Notes under the pieces: generated by a model
The model's input: the letters and a program-made list of their open reading frames with translations, nothing else
Told to the model about the DNA's origin: nothing
Database searches by the model: none
Assembly: GCA_963840965.1 (NCBI GenBank)
Contig: CAWJAW010000002.1
Coordinates: 328,185-392,184, forward strand
Origin: an uncultured Bacteroidales bacterium
Lineage (GTDB): Bacteria > Bacteroidota > Bacteroidia > Bacteroidales > VadinHA17
DNA: 64,000 bases
Direction: 5' to 3'
Position numbers and translations under genes: made by a program
Shown: positions 30,901 to 38,057 of the stretch, in pieces
Layout of the letters: each line of letters starts with the position of its first letter
Position numbering within the stretch: the stretch's first letter is position 1

Positions 30901-31311
30901 ATTCTCATGACAAGCATTACAACCATCCTGGCACTTCTGCCTCTTACCATCGGAATGGGCGAAAGTGCATCACTCAGGTCTCCCATGGCCCTCGCAGTGA
31001 TCGGAGGACTTTTCTCCTCCACCCTTCTTACCCTGATCGTTATACCCTGCGTCTACTGGGTATTTGACAGCTTAGGCGATTTATTGACAGGCAGGAATAA
31101 GATGAACAACCAAATGAATAATAAAGCATTAGGAAGGTATGGATTTCATTCTCAAAAGAAAGGTCCTTATCAGCATGCTCTTCATAGGGCTCTCCGTACT
31201 TGGCTATGTATCGTACAGGAAGCTGGCCGTGGAGCTGCTTCCCAATGCCGAATTCCCGACACTTATAGTACAGGTAGGCTCACCTCTCGAGGTCGATCCC
31301 TCCTACATTGA
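27964..31311 (+). CDS. RND (AcrB/HAE1-type) efflux permease 1
   Basis: Twelve-TM RND layout. Conserved TM4 is GGLALGAGMLVDNAIVVLENI and TM10 is GIIMLAGIAVNNAIILIDRINQL. The RND fold ends near VYWVFDSLG (approx. 31075). The ORF then has no stop until 31311 and overlaps the next gene by 173 nt. Confidence 0.88.
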   Translation: MMNSIARFAVNNPVTVLMLVLAIILLGFISFGKLGTDLFPDLNTPKIYIELRAGEKPPEEIEKNYVDQIESLAMRQSDVVSVSSASRGGTAMITVEYSWNKDMDEAFLDLQKELSSFSQNSDLEDFTISQYDPNASPVMIVGLRNPRIENMDELRKVAENYVRNELVRIEGVADVRIAGKEESEVVIETNKYLLESFGLTTEAIAAQIMNYNRNVSGGSIVDMGTKYVVKGVSVLEDTEDLQNIIVGFLTPSPAVSGQSAAGQVAGQAQGNASAGERVPVYLRDVARIGYENKDPENIVTINGERCIGLSIYKEPKFNTVDVVESLSTAFDQLGKALPGYEFVKVLDQGTYIQNSIGEVKNTLLIGIFLAVIVLYVFLRRIGVTLVISLAIPISIIATFNLMYFSNLTLNIMTLGGLALGAGMLVDNAIVVLENITRNRDEGLPLKEAIITGTAQVGGAITASTITTIVVFLPIVYLRDASSEMFRDQAWTVAFALISSLIVAMLVIPMLVSTLLPSEKKKTVPVNVLNFTGYHKYLGRILKKRKLVILLSVIILGATGFLVPRLGSEFMPRSESAEFTVRLSLPEGTSLERTNNTAVRTEEIINSLLGEKVRLIYTQSGSDNTSSLSLSSGSKGENNASLKVILEDEFASETEDAITLVQSYLSTIPDVEVSFSREETALQSSLGTTESPFALEISGKDFSEMERILRESEAILKENNGLSNITTSLDEGTPEVEVEIDRFKTSYYGVTVENVISQVRGYLQGAAAGTFEKDGELKDITIKLGDISLSQLSDLIITAGNIKVPLSEIARVSTITSPREITRRNQSRTCYIYAMTDKDQPFDKIIRDAGTSLQSVALPSDYKLDFTGEELKRRESMSNLTFALVLSLVLVFMVLASQFESILQPFIVMLTIPLAGVGTVLTFFFLGKPLNMMAYIGIIMLAGIAVNNAIILIDRINQLRESGTPKKDAIMLAGAQRIRPILMTSITTILALLPLTIGMGESASLRSPMALAVIGGLFSSTLLTLIVIPCVYWVFDSLGDLLTGRNKMNNQMNNKALGRYGFHSQKKGPYQHALHRALRTWLCIVQEAGRGAASQCRIPDTYSTGRLTSRGRSLLH

Positions 31312-34300
31312 AAACCAGGCCATCATCCCCATCGAAGGCGCCATCGGAACTCTCGAGGATGTGGAAAAGATAGAATCAAATATAACGTCCAGGTACGGAA
31401 CCATATTTATCTATTATGCCAAGAATGCCGATCTCAAATATGCAAACCTGAAGCTTCAGGAGAAGATAGACCTTTTAAGGAATACCATACCATCGGAATT
31501 CTTTGTAAATGTAATCAAGATTGACCTCGAACAGCTTACCAACCAGTTCATGGCTCTTCAGGTACGGGGCGAGGGAGGCGTTGACAGGATACGCAACATA
31601 ACCGACAGGGAGATCAAGCCTGAACTCGAAAATATCGACGGCATTGCAGGTGTTCAGGTTTACGGAGGCCAGGAAAACGCCATCGAGGTGCGGCTTAACA
31701 GAAGGGCATGCAAATCGCTTGGCGTGACAATGAACCAGATAAGCTCCCTGCTTAACAATAACGGGAGGGAGAAAACCTTTGCCGGCAAAGTTATCGACGG
31801 AAGCCGGGAAATGTATGTAAACATTACCTCTTCCTACACCGATGTTAAGGACCTGGGAAACATAATAGTCAAACAGGACGGGCCGGTTCTTCTCAGGGAT
31901 ATCGCTGAGATCTTTTACGGTGTCAAGGAACAGAGTACCATAAGCCGTGTAAACGGTCTCGATGAGATTACCGTCAACCTGGTAAATGACCGGCAGGCAA
32001 ACCTTATCGGGCTGTCACATACCACACTGGAAGAAATTAACAGGCTGAACAGGAAACTTGCTCCCTCAGGAGTTGAAATTACCGTCCAGTACAACAGTGC
32101 CGAAACAATGGAAAAGAACATAAACCAGATAATAAGCCTGGCTCTTACAGGAGGCTTGCTGGCCGTTCTTATCCTGTGGTTCTTTTTGCGGAACATCCGT
32201 CTTGTCACCGTCATTGCCATTTCTTTGCCCATATCCGTCTACACAGCGTTCAATTTTTTCTATGCCTTCAACATCAGCATAAACAGCCTTACCCTTGTAG
32301 GCATCGCACTGGCAATAGGCATGCTGGTCGACAATTCGGTTGTTGTGCTGGAAAACATCTACAGGCTGGCCGGGGCGGGAAAGGATCCGGAAACATCGGT
32401 CAAACAGGGGCTGAAGGAGGTAATGCGCGCTATTTTTGCTTCTACCGTTACAACCATTATCGTATTTCTCCCGTTCCTGTTCACAACCAACTTCCTGATT
32501 AAACTTATAGGGAAAAACATAAGTGTATCGATAATCTCAACACTTCTGGTTTCGCTCAGCGTGGCCCTGATGGTTATACCGATGGCGACTTTTTATCTTC
32601 TGTCCGGTAAGCCGTCCGATAATTCCGGGGTCTTCAAGAAGCTCTCCATTCACGACAGACTTATTCAGGCTTACAGCCTTGTTCTGAAAGCCTGTATGAG
32701 AAACCCTGCCGCAACAATAATAGGTACACTGGTGCTATTTTTCGCGGCACTACTGGTCAGCCTCGGGCTCAGCCTGAGCTCAGGCAATGAAGTGGAAACT
32801 TCCGAATTCAGGATGAGCGTCACAATGCCTGCCGGATCGACACTGGCAAAAACCGATGCTGTGGTTTCCGAAATAGAGTCGAGACTTGCATCAATTCCTG
32901 AAAAGGAAGATATCGTTAGCCGTATCGGGGAAGATCAGGCAACGGTTACAATCAACCTCAAGGAAGACTGGGACAAGGAAAGCAGGAGAAAACTGGCGGA
33001 GATAAAAAACGATATTTCAGAGAAGACAAAGAATATATCCTCGGCAGAAATCAGCATGGACGAGATTTCAACAAGCGGGGGGTTCACAAGCAGCAGCGAG
33101 AGTGCAGGCATGAACAACCCCGGGGCCGATTTCGAATCACTCCTCGGAATCGGATCAAAGCCGGAATCGGTAATCATAAAGGGACAGAACTTCGAGCAGA
33201 TGAAAGACCTGGCTGATGATATCAGAACATATATCAACAACCTCGAAACAGTCGACAATGCAAGGGTAAATGTTCAGGACAACACTCCGGAGGTCCGGCT
33301 GCATTTCGACATGGATTACATCGCCCGCAACGGCTATACCCTTGGCGATCTGGCATCAGCCCTTTCATCGTTCGGAAGAGAATACTCCTCCGGTGCCACC
33401 TTCCGTCAGGGAACGGAAAGCTACGACATAATGATCAAATACGCCGATACGGATTCTCTTGACAACTCTTCAGCCGAAAAAACCATTGACGACCTTAAAC
33501 GACTCGAGGTATCGGGGCAGAACGGGGCTGTGATGGAAATGGAAGAACTGGCGGATGTCATTTTCTCCTACGGCATGGGAAACATTCACCGCGAGAACCA
33601 GGAAAAAAGAGTGACCGTCACCTATAGTTACAAGGATGAAATAAAATCATCCAAGGATCTCCTCACAGGGGCTCGCGCTGAAGTTGAGTCAATTGTTTCG
33701 GGACTGAATATCCCATCGGGAATTGCAGTCGAAATAATTCAGGAAGAAGACCAGTTAAAGGAATTCTATTACCTGATTGGTATAGCTTTCCTTCTTATTT
33801 TCATGGTCCTCGCGGCAGTGTTCGAATCCCTTTCAACTCCGGTCGTTCTGCTTTTCAGCATACCCCTGGCAGCCCTCGGATCGCTGATAGCGCTAATCCT
33901 GACGGGGAACACCCTGCTGAGCGTCAACACCCTCACCGGATTCCTCATCCTCCTCGGGGTTGTGGTGAACAACGGCATAATCCTTATCGATTATACAAAT
34001 ATCCTGAGGAATAGAGGCTTCCGCCGGTCAAGAGCCCTGATGACAGCAGGAATGGCAAGGATCCGACCGATAATCATTACAGCCTCAACAACTGTCATAG
34101 CAATGCTTCCGCTGGCAATGGGAAAGGCGGAGTTTGTTTCGGTGATCGGAGCCTCATTCGCCATAACAGTTATCGGCGGACTTACACTGAGCACTTTGCT
34201 TACGCTTGTGTTTATTCCTACCTTCTACTCAGGTCTCGAAAACGCACTTGATTGGATAGGATCGCTCAACTGGAAAGTCAAGGCAGTGCAGCTGGCCATA

Positions 34301-35893
34301 TTCGGAATTCTGATATTTCTTATTTATACCCATATCGATAAGTTCATCTGGAAGCTGATCACCTCCATTCTCGTTCTGATAATCGTGCCGGCGGCAACAT
34401 GGTTCGTAATGAACAGCCTCAGAAAAGCCAGGGAAACGGTTATCCCTCCCGACGTGCCCATAAAAATCCGGGTTCAGAGTCTTGTAAAGATCTACGAAAG
34501 AGAAAACAGGTGGAGCCGCGAATGGAAGGCCGGCGCACGGATAAGGGAACGGCTCGGTCTAAAAACGCACTTCAGGAAATGGAAAGACCTGATGACCGTT
34601 TCATGGGAACTCCCCCTGTTTGCCTTTATGATTTATTTTACTTACTTCTATCTCAACTCAGGATTCTGGATATTCTTCTTCAGTGTAATTGTATGGTTTT
34701 TCCTTTCCGCCATCTGGAACCAGTTCAGGGAACTATTCAAAAACCTTTCCTCTGAATCCGGAAGGAAGATGCCTGCAAGGCTTATCCCGGTCATAAGTTT
34801 CGTAGTCTTCTGGATGGTGCCCCTGCTGAACCTGTTTATGTTCCAGCTGAAATGGGACAACATCGCGGTTGTAATTATTATTGGCGTCCTCTGGTTCACC
34901 GGGCTGTTCATCTACACTACCGGACAAAAACTGAGTGAGGAAAATATCGATATATACCGGCTCGAAGGGAAATTCAGGGGACTGAGAAAAACAATCTACA
35001 AAATTGTCGCTGCAGTTCCGATGATCGGCAAGAAGCTTAAGCCTTTCAAGGCCCTGAGCTGTGTATCTCTCAACATAGAAAACGGAATGTTCGGACTGCT
35101 CGGACCAAACGGTGCCGGAAAAACAACCCTCATGAGAATTATTTGCGGGATCCTTGAGCAGAGCTACGGAAAGGTCTGGATCAACGGACTCGACACCCAG
35201 CTGAAGCGCGAGGAGCTTCAGGGCCTCATAGGCTACCTTCCCCAGGAATTCGGAAGCTATGAGAACATGACCGCCCACGAATACCTCCATTACCAGGCTA
35301 TGCTGAAGAACATCATCGATTCAGAAACCAGGGAAGACAGGGTGACTTACGTGCTGAAAGCAGTCCACATGGATGAACACAGGCATGAACGGATAGGTTC
35401 ATTCTCGGGAGGGATGAAGCAAAGGATGGGAATAGCGATGATACTCCTTCATCTGCCCAGAATACTTGTTGTCGATGAACCTACAGCCGGACTTGACCCC
35501 AGGGAAAGAATAAGATTCAGGAACCTGCTTGTGGAACTGAGCCGCGAAAGGATAGTTATCTTCTCCACTCACATCATCGAAGATATCTCAAGCTCGTGCA
35601 ACCAGGTTGCAGTTCTCAACAAAGGCAGGCTGAGATATCTTGGAAAACCCTCTGATATGACCAAAGAGGCCGTTGGACGAGTCTGGCAGTTTAAGATCCC
35701 TGCCTCCGAATTTACAAAAATGGCAGCCAGCCATCTCGTTGTCCATCATATGTCGGAAGGCGACAGTATAAGAGTTAGGGTCATTTCGGAATCACAACCC
35801 TGGGCTTACGCAGTGACCACAGCCCCCAACCTGGAGGATGCATACCTGTGGCTTCTAAGGAGAAAAGATATCAACCATATTAACGGAATATGA
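31139..35893 (+). CDS. RND (AcrB-type) permease 2 fused in frame to extra TM helices and a complete ABC ATPase domain (1584 aa)
   Basis: RND part aa 1 to approx. 1035 (TM4 GIALAIGMLVDNSVVVLENI, TM10 GFLILLGVVVNNGIILIDYTNIL). Two TM helices (nt approx. 34265-34414). ABC strand IKIRVQSLVKIYEREN (34460-34504). Four-TM insertion (approx. 34505-35038). Walker A GPNGAGKTT (35102-35128), Q-loop YLPQE, signature FSGGMKQR, Walker B LVVDEPTAGLD, H-loop FSTHII. No stop codon anywhere in the ORF. Confidence 0.85.
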   Translation: MDFILKRKVLISMLFIGLSVLGYVSYRKLAVELLPNAEFPTLIVQVGSPLEVDPSYIENQAIIPIEGAIGTLEDVEKIESNITSRYGTIFIYYAKNADLKYANLKLQEKIDLLRNTIPSEFFVNVIKIDLEQLTNQFMALQVRGEGGVDRIRNITDREIKPELENIDGIAGVQVYGGQENAIEVRLNRRACKSLGVTMNQISSLLNNNGREKTFAGKVIDGSREMYVNITSSYTDVKDLGNIIVKQDGPVLLRDIAEIFYGVKEQSTISRVNGLDEITVNLVNDRQANLIGLSHTTLEEINRLNRKLAPSGVEITVQYNSAETMEKNINQIISLALTGGLLAVLILWFFLRNIRLVTVIAISLPISVYTAFNFFYAFNISINSLTLVGIALAIGMLVDNSVVVLENIYRLAGAGKDPETSVKQGLKEVMRAIFASTVTTIIVFLPFLFTTNFLIKLIGKNISVSIISTLLVSLSVALMVIPMATFYLLSGKPSDNSGVFKKLSIHDRLIQAYSLVLKACMRNPAATIIGTLVLFFAALLVSLGLSLSSGNEVETSEFRMSVTMPAGSTLAKTDAVVSEIESRLASIPEKEDIVSRIGEDQATVTINLKEDWDKESRRKLAEIKNDISEKTKNISSAEISMDEISTSGGFTSSSESAGMNNPGADFESLLGIGSKPESVIIKGQNFEQMKDLADDIRTYINNLETVDNARVNVQDNTPEVRLHFDMDYIARNGYTLGDLASALSSFGREYSSGATFRQGTESYDIMIKYADTDSLDNSSAEKTIDDLKRLEVSGQNGAVMEMEELADVIFSYGMGNIHRENQEKRVTVTYSYKDEIKSSKDLLTGARAEVESIVSGLNIPSGIAVEIIQEEDQLKEFYYLIGIAFLLIFMVLAAVFESLSTPVVLLFSIPLAALGSLIALILTGNTLLSVNTLTGFLILLGVVVNNGIILIDYTNILRNRGFRRSRALMTAGMARIRPIIITASTTVIAMLPLAMGKAEFVSVIGASFAITVIGGLTLSTLLTLVFIPTFYSGLENALDWIGSLNWKVKAVQLAIFGILIFLIYTHIDKFIWKLITSILVLIIVPAATWFVMNSLRKARETVIPPDVPIKIRVQSLVKIYERENRWSREWKAGARIRERLGLKTHFRKWKDLMTVSWELPLFAFMIYFTYFYLNSGFWIFFFSVIVWFFLSAIWNQFRELFKNLSSESGRKMPARLIPVISFVVFWMVPLLNLFMFQLKWDNIAVVIIIGVLWFTGLFIYTTGQKLSEENIDIYRLEGKFRGLRKTIYKIVAAVPMIGKKLKPFKALSCVSLNIENGMFGLLGPNGAGKTTLMRIICGILEQSYGKVWINGLDTQLKREELQGLIGYLPQEFGSYENMTAHEYLHYQAMLKNIIDSETREDRVTYVLKAVHMDEHRHERIGSFSGGMKQRMGIAMILLHLPRILVVDEPTAGLDPRERIRFRNLLVELSRERIVIFSTHIIEDISSSCNQVAVLNKGRLRYLGKPSDMTKEAVGRVWQFKIPASEFTKMAASHLVVHHMSEGDSIRVRVISESQPWAYAVTTAPNLEDAYLWLLRRKDINHINGI

Positions 35894-36606
35894 ACCCGGT
35901 CACAATTAGAAATTATTACACGCTCATCATCAGGATGATACTTTATAACCTCCGGATCATCTTCGCCAATAAGTTTATCTGGTTCCTGGCAGGATCGGTT
36001 GTTTTCTACCTCGGATTATCGGTTATATACGTTCTGTCACAAGACGTTTCGGCGATGCACGATCTTTACGGGGTATTTATGTTCTCCGGCATTCTCCTCG
36101 TATTCTACCCGGTTGTTTTCGGCATCCAGAACGATCAGGATGCCCGAACCATCGAGATCCTTTTCGGCATACCAAACTACAGGTACAAGGTGTGGCTCGT
36201 AAGGATCATTCTTATTTTTGTGATAGCCTTCCTTATCATGCTTTTCTTTACCTTCCTTTCAAATATCCTTATTGTAAAGTTCGAGTTCGTTTATGTCACC
36301 ATTCAGGTTATGATACCTGTACTGTTCCTGGGAATGATGTCATTCATGCTGTCGACGGTAGTAAGGAACGGAAACGGAACTGCAGTGATTATGATCATAC
36401 TGGGAATCCTCTTTCTGTTCTTTGATGATGTGCTTCGGAAAAGCCAGTGGAACATATTCCTGAATCCGTTCAATCCGGCCTGGGATGTGAGTGAGACCAC
36501 CTGGGCCATCATCTCCCTCAAAAACCGGATCATACTCATCGCAGGCAGCATACTGTTCCTGCTCGCCGGCCTGTACAATCTCCAGAAGAGGGAAAAATTC
36601 ATGTAG
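35890..36606 (+). CDS. ABC-2-type permease-like membrane protein (238 aa, about 6 TM)
   Basis: Its start overlaps the upstream stop (ATGA, 35890-35893). It has six hydrophobic helices and an ABC-2-like DQDARTIEILFGIP motif after TM2. Confidence 0.75.
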   Translation: MNPVTIRNYYTLIIRMILYNLRIIFANKFIWFLAGSVVFYLGLSVIYVLSQDVSAMHDLYGVFMFSGILLVFYPVVFGIQNDQDARTIEILFGIPNYRYKVWLVRIILIFVIAFLIMLFFTFLSNILIVKFEFVYVTIQVMIPVLFLGMMSFMLSTVVRNGNGTAVIMIILGILFLFFDDVLRKSQWNIFLNPFNPAWDVSETTWAIISLKNRIILIAGSILFLLAGLYNLQKREKFM

Positions 36607-36680
36607 ACTGGGATCAGACCTGCTCTTTATACGCATCTTTTTGTTAATCACTGATGATTCTTGTTAATTCATGCTTCCTG

Positions 36681-36744
36681 AAATCCACCCCTAAATCCCC
36701 CAAGGGGGACTTGAAATCCTCTTCATTGGTGGATTTATTTTCCT
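36681..36744 (+). terminator. Candidate compound hairpin terminator of the efflux operon
   Basis: AAATCCACC (36681-36689) pairs with GGTGGATTT (36728-36736), enclosing the inner hairpin TCCCCC-AA-GGGGGA. A TTTATTTT tract follows. Confidence 0.35.
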
Positions 36745-36780
36745 TAAAGACTATAAAATATTCAATGTCTGATTCTTAAA

Positions 36781-36863
36781 GCCCCCCCTGGGGGGTTTGG
36801 GGGTAAATCGCCCGGTGGTTCAGGATTCTAAACCTGGGGGGTTGGGGGTAAAAACCGGCGAGG
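36781..36863. repeat. Poly-C/poly-G hairpin plus approx. 30-bp direct repeat (CTGGGGGGTTTGGGGGTAAATCGCC / CTGGGGGGTTGGGGGTAAAAACCGG)
   Basis: Read directly from the sequence. GCCCCCCCTGGGGGG lies at 36781-36795. Four G5-6 runs occur on the plus strand within 70 nt. Confidence 0.6.
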
Positions 36864-36870
36864 TAAAACC

Positions 36871-37812
36871 CTATTCAAACGGATGGTCCCTTGAAAAATC
36901 AGGCCTGTAGTTCAGGCAGCTTTCCGGATCCTGTATCCAGCCATTCCTGAAACCCAATTCTTCCATTTCCTTTACAACCGAGTCATATTCAGCCTTATAG
37001 AGAGCTCTGCCCAGCACAGGATGCCCGGCAGTATCGGGCGTGGGATGATACTGTGACATAAGCGAAATATTCACCCCCGGCGACAGCTCCTCTGCTATCT
37101 TCCTGAGAACCTGCTTGCTTTCATCAGCATGACCGGGCAGCACAAGGTGCCGGATCAGGATCCCTCCCACCGCCCTGCCCTCACTATCGGTCCGAAGAGG
37201 AGATCCCTTCATCCAGTACATAAGTTTCAGCGCACCAAGGGCAACAGACGGGTAATCTGCAGCATCTGAATATTCGAGGGCAACAGCTTCACTTGCATAT
37301 TTATAATCGGGAAGCCATACATCTATCAGCCCCTCCAGGCTGCCGATAACCTCTGGCTTGTCGTAACCGTTTGTATTGTAAACAAAGACCGGACTTAAAC
37401 CCCTTGAATGTAGTCCGCGTATAATGGCTTTTACCTGAGGTATCACATGCGACGGGGAAACAAATCCGACTGCTTTGACACCATCCCCGAGCAGACTCTC
37501 AATTACATCAAGAGCCTCGTCAAGCCCGGTTATCCCCGGCCTGAATCCGCAATCCGGTCTGCTTATCTCAAAATTCTGACAATAAACGCACCTCAGGTTG
37601 CAGCCTGAGAAGAATATATTGCAGATGCCCGAAGGACCGCTTACCGGGGGCTCTTCCCCCCTGTGAATGCAGACAGAGGCAATATTCATTCCGGCGTCAG
37701 CCCCGCAATATCCGGGCCTTCCCGCAAATCTGTCTGCATGGCATTCCCTCGGACACAAAGTGCAGTCAGATAAAAGGGCTCTTTCCGGGTCAGTGTAAAT
37801 ATCCTTAATCAT
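36871..37812 (-). CDS. Radical SAM protein, PflX-like (pyruvate formate-lyase activating enzyme homologue)
   Basis: CxxxCxxC motif in FFSGCNLRCVYCQNFE, plus an N-terminal Cys cluster CTLCPRECHADRFAGRPGYCG. The ORF track starts at a TTG (37824); ATG 37812 (MIKDIY) is more likely. Confidence 0.8.
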   Translation of the reverse strand: MIKDIYTDPERALLSDCTLCPRECHADRFAGRPGYCGADAGMNIASVCIHRGEEPPVSGPSGICNIFFSGCNLRCVYCQNFEISRPDCGFRPGITGLDEALDVIESLLGDGVKAVGFVSPSHVIPQVKAIIRGLHSRGLSPVFVYNTNGYDKPEVIGSLEGLIDVWLPDYKYASEAVALEYSDAADYPSVALGALKLMYWMKGSPLRTDSEGRAVGGILIRHLVLPGHADESKQVLRKIAEELSPGVNISLMSQYHPTPDTAGHPVLGRALYKAEYDSVVKEMEELGFRNGWIQDPESCLNYRPDFSRDHPFE

Positions 37813-37821
37813 CACTGACAC

Positions 37822-37829
37822 CAAAATTA
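37822..37829 (-). promoter_or_regulatory. Candidate -7 promoter box TAATTTTG for the PflX-like gene
   Basis: Exact TAnnTTTG on the minus strand, only 10 nt before ATG 37812. This implies a very short or absent leader. Confidence 0.4.
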
Positions 37830-37862
37830 ACTATATGCAGATTAAAAAAAACAACAGAATTT

Positions 37863-37898
37863 TTATCGTTTTACGATATCCTGGTTATCGTTTTACGA
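37863..37898. repeat. 14-bp direct repeat TTATCGTTTTACGA x2 with 22-bp periodicity, in a divergent intergenic region
   Basis: Copies at 37863-37876 and 37885-37898, read directly from the sequence, between the PflX-like gene and rimP. Confidence 0.5.
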
Positions 37899-37993
37899 CA
37901 AATTTTTTACCTGAAACGATATGTTTCTGAAGACAATGTCCGGTGTATCAGAAAAAAGATCACCAATTATATTGCGTATTTTCAAACAATCAT

Positions 37994-38001
37994 TATCTTT
38001 G
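37994..38001 (+). promoter_or_regulatory. Candidate -7 promoter box TATCTTTG for rimP-nusA-infB
   Basis: Exact TAnnTTTG. The extended ATTATCTTTGCA is identical to the box upstream of the tRNA at 59411-59422. It is 69 nt before ATG 38070. Confidence 0.5.
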
Positions 38002-38029
38002 CATCCGAATTGAGGGGCAATTGAGTAAC

Positions 38030-38057
38030 AGGGGACCAGAGTCCCCTATTTTATTAT
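38030..38057 (+). promoter_or_regulatory. Terminator-like hairpin in the rimP-nusA-infB 5' leader (possible attenuator)
   Basis: Stem AGGGGAC (38030-38036) / GTCCCCT (38041-38047) with loop CAGA, followed by ATTTTATTAT. It lies between the predicted promoter and the rimP ATG. Confidence 0.4.

Noticed and set aside
31130-31141. Possibility that RND1 and RND2 are joined by a frameshift into one giant polyprotein
   Set aside because: The RND2 frame has a TAG stop at 31130-31132, immediately upstream of its ATG. RND2 also begins with a complete canonical RND N-terminus. Two separate genes with an overlap is the simpler reading.
34733-35290. 185-aa antisense ORF inside the ABC domain of the fusion gene, plus similar long antisense ORFs (e.g. 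38525..39067, 12569..13081, 30543..31022, 40926..41381)
   Set aside because: Each lies fully inside, and antisense to, a gene with strong family motifs. None has motifs of its own. They are typical shadow ORFs.
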